Notes under the pieces: model-generated | What the model was told of the DNA's origin: nothing | The model's database searches: none | The model's input: only the letters and a program-made list of their open reading frames with translations | Made by a program: the position numbers and the translations under genes | NCBI RefSeq assembly: GCF_000002075.1 | Contig: NW_004797711.1 | Coordinates: 358,538-422,537 of the forward strand | Length of the DNA: 64,000 nucleotides | From: Aplysia californica | Taxonomy: Eukaryota | Direction of reading: 5' to 3' | In this document: one piece after another, positions 62,150 to 64,000 of the stretch | Numbering within the stretch: position 1 is the stretch's first letter | Layout: every line of letters begins with the position of its first letter

Positions 62150-62842
62150 GGACAGAGGTGGTGACTATAGCCCAGGACAGAGGTGGAGACTATAGCCCAG
62201 GACAGAGGTGGAGACTATAGCCCAGGACAGAGGTGGAGACTATAGCCCAGGACTGAGGTGGAGACTATAGCCGAGGACAGAAGTAGATGGAGACTATAGC
62301 CCAGGACAGAGATGGAGACATTAGCCCAGGACAGAAGTAGATGGAGACTATAGCCCAGGACAGAGGTAGATGGAGACTATAGCCCAGGACAGAGGTAGAT
62401 GGAGACTATAGCCCAGGACAGAAGTAGATGGAGACTATAGCCCAGGACAGAGATGGAGACTATAGCCCAGGACAGAAGTAGATGGAGACTATAGCCCAGG
62501 ACAGAAGTAGATGGAGACTATAGCCCAGGACAGAGATGGAGACTATAGCCCAGGACAGAAGTAGATGGAGACTATAGCCCAGGACAGAGGTGGAGACTAT
62601 AGCCCAGGACAGAAGTAGATTGAGACTATAGCCCAGGACAGAGGTAGATGGAGACTATAGTGAAGGACAGAAGTAGATGGAGACTATAGCCCAGGACAGA
62701 GGTGGAGACTATAGCCCAGGACAGAAGTAGATGGAGACTATAGTGAAGGACAGAAGTAGATGGAGACTATAGCCCAGGACAGAGGTGGAGACTATAGCCC
62801 AGGACAGAGGTGGAGACTATAGCCTAGGACAGAAGTAGATGA
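62150..62842. repeat. Minisatellite with interspersed short and long unit variants
   Basis: GGACAGAG(G/A)TGGAGACTATAGCCCA and GGACAGAAGTAGATGGAGACTATAGCCCA units, roughly 25 copies. Confidence 0.95.
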
Positions 62843-64000
62843 AGAGAACTCCTGTTGGTGGCCTCTACTCCGGTACGGGGTGAGACAAGCTGCTGATGAT
62901 GTTTGGTCTGAGAGACTCTGATGAATTGTACATTGTAATTTCCTAGCCCTTCACGGCCTTCATTGTGTCGATTTGTTTATATATTTGTGTCAAGCTGGGC
63001 ACTGGTGTCTGTGCTGTAGCGGTTCCGTGCTTTGTCGTGGCCTGCAGGAGACCCAAGTTTTATTTCCGTGTTGGGAGAATTTTTATTGAGTATCTTGNNN
63101 NNNNNNNNNNNNNNNNNNNNNNNNNNNNNNNNNNNNNNNNNNNNNNNNNNNNNNNNNNNNNNNNNNNNNNNNNNNNNNNNNNNNNNNNNNNNNNNNNNNN
63201 NNNNNNNNNNNNNNNNNNNNNNNNNNNNNNNNNNNNNNNNNNNNNNNNNNNNNNNNGGCCATGACAGGCAGGATTTGAAGCCGCCTGCCACCTAAATGAT
63301 CTAAATGGTGTTGATGGAGATGTAAAAAAACACCCACTGGTACATTAATAAGAAAAAGCAACAGACTCTTGTTGCTTGGATGTGCTGTTGTTTATCAAAA
63401 AACGAGGTCCATTGTCCACTCCCCTTCCTGGGTAGTTGGTGGGTGCTCTAGTGTGGTTTGCTCCTTCTTTCCTATCAAATATCTATCATCCTTATCTCTC
63501 CACCTTCTTTTCTCTGTATGTTACTTTCTTATTACACCTCAAATCTTTCACTCTTGTATGACCTAATTTTATTGCAAGTGCCTCAAAACTCCTTTTAAAT
63601 CTAAACTAAACACTACCCTTGGTGCTGAAGCAGACAGTACACACATTGATAAAGATGATATTTTTAAATGCTTTCATGGACTCTTTTGGAAGCAGGCTGC
63701 TTGCTTAGACCCTACCTGTCTGTACCTACCTAAGTTGAGTGGGAAATGGCGTTACAGCAGGCAGATTTAAATACTCAGTAAAAATAATTTCCCCACATGG
63801 AAGAGGATGTCCAGACCTCTGATTTCAGCTATGAAGTGCCTGACCATCATATGTAACAGATTTTTAGCATTTAAACTTTTAAATTTTAGAAATATTGACC
63901 AAAATCAGGCCGTGCTGTGAACTGTTGATATTGAGAATAAAAGCAATTTGTTTCGCGCGCTCATATGACCTTGTGCAGTTGTGAGGGCCGTAAAACCCTT

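Noticed and set aside
58480-62842. Regular ~25-32-bp repeat arrays (58480-58841, 62150-62842) as CRISPR arrays
   Set aside because: The units are contiguous with no unique spacers, there are no cas genes, and the context is eukaryotic. These are minisatellites.
43030-64000. Y RNA gene near the Ro60-like gene
   Set aside because: I found no GGCTGGTCCG-like stem with a pol III terminator by eye. A covariance-model search is needed, so absence is not proven.

Overview
AT-rich, repeat-dense animal genomic scaffold with six N-gaps. It is most likely molluscan, judging from a molluscidin-like peptide gene and the repeat landscape; this taxonomic call is inference. Most ORFs in the supplied track are spurious. 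Manual splicing recovers four genes. (1) A 3-coding-exon gene on + (6924-10516) for a 60-aa Lys/Ala-rich molluscidin/H1-tail-like peptide, absent from the ORF track. (2) An intronless Rieske [2Fe-2S] ferredoxin (RFESD-like) on - (23265-23636), only ~630 bp downstream of gene 3 on the same strand. (3) A 5-exon SWI5 homolog on - (24269-36007) with one GC-AG intron. (4) An 8-exon, 557-aa, strongly divergent Ro60/TROVE2-like gene on + (46158-61468) that keeps the Y-RNA-binding helix motif but has lost the vWA MIDAS metal site. The remainder is SINEs, LINE 3' fragments, MITEs (several nested), a decayed THAP-domain DNA transposon with intact TIRs/TSD between SWI5 and the Ro60-like gene, and mini/microsatellites.
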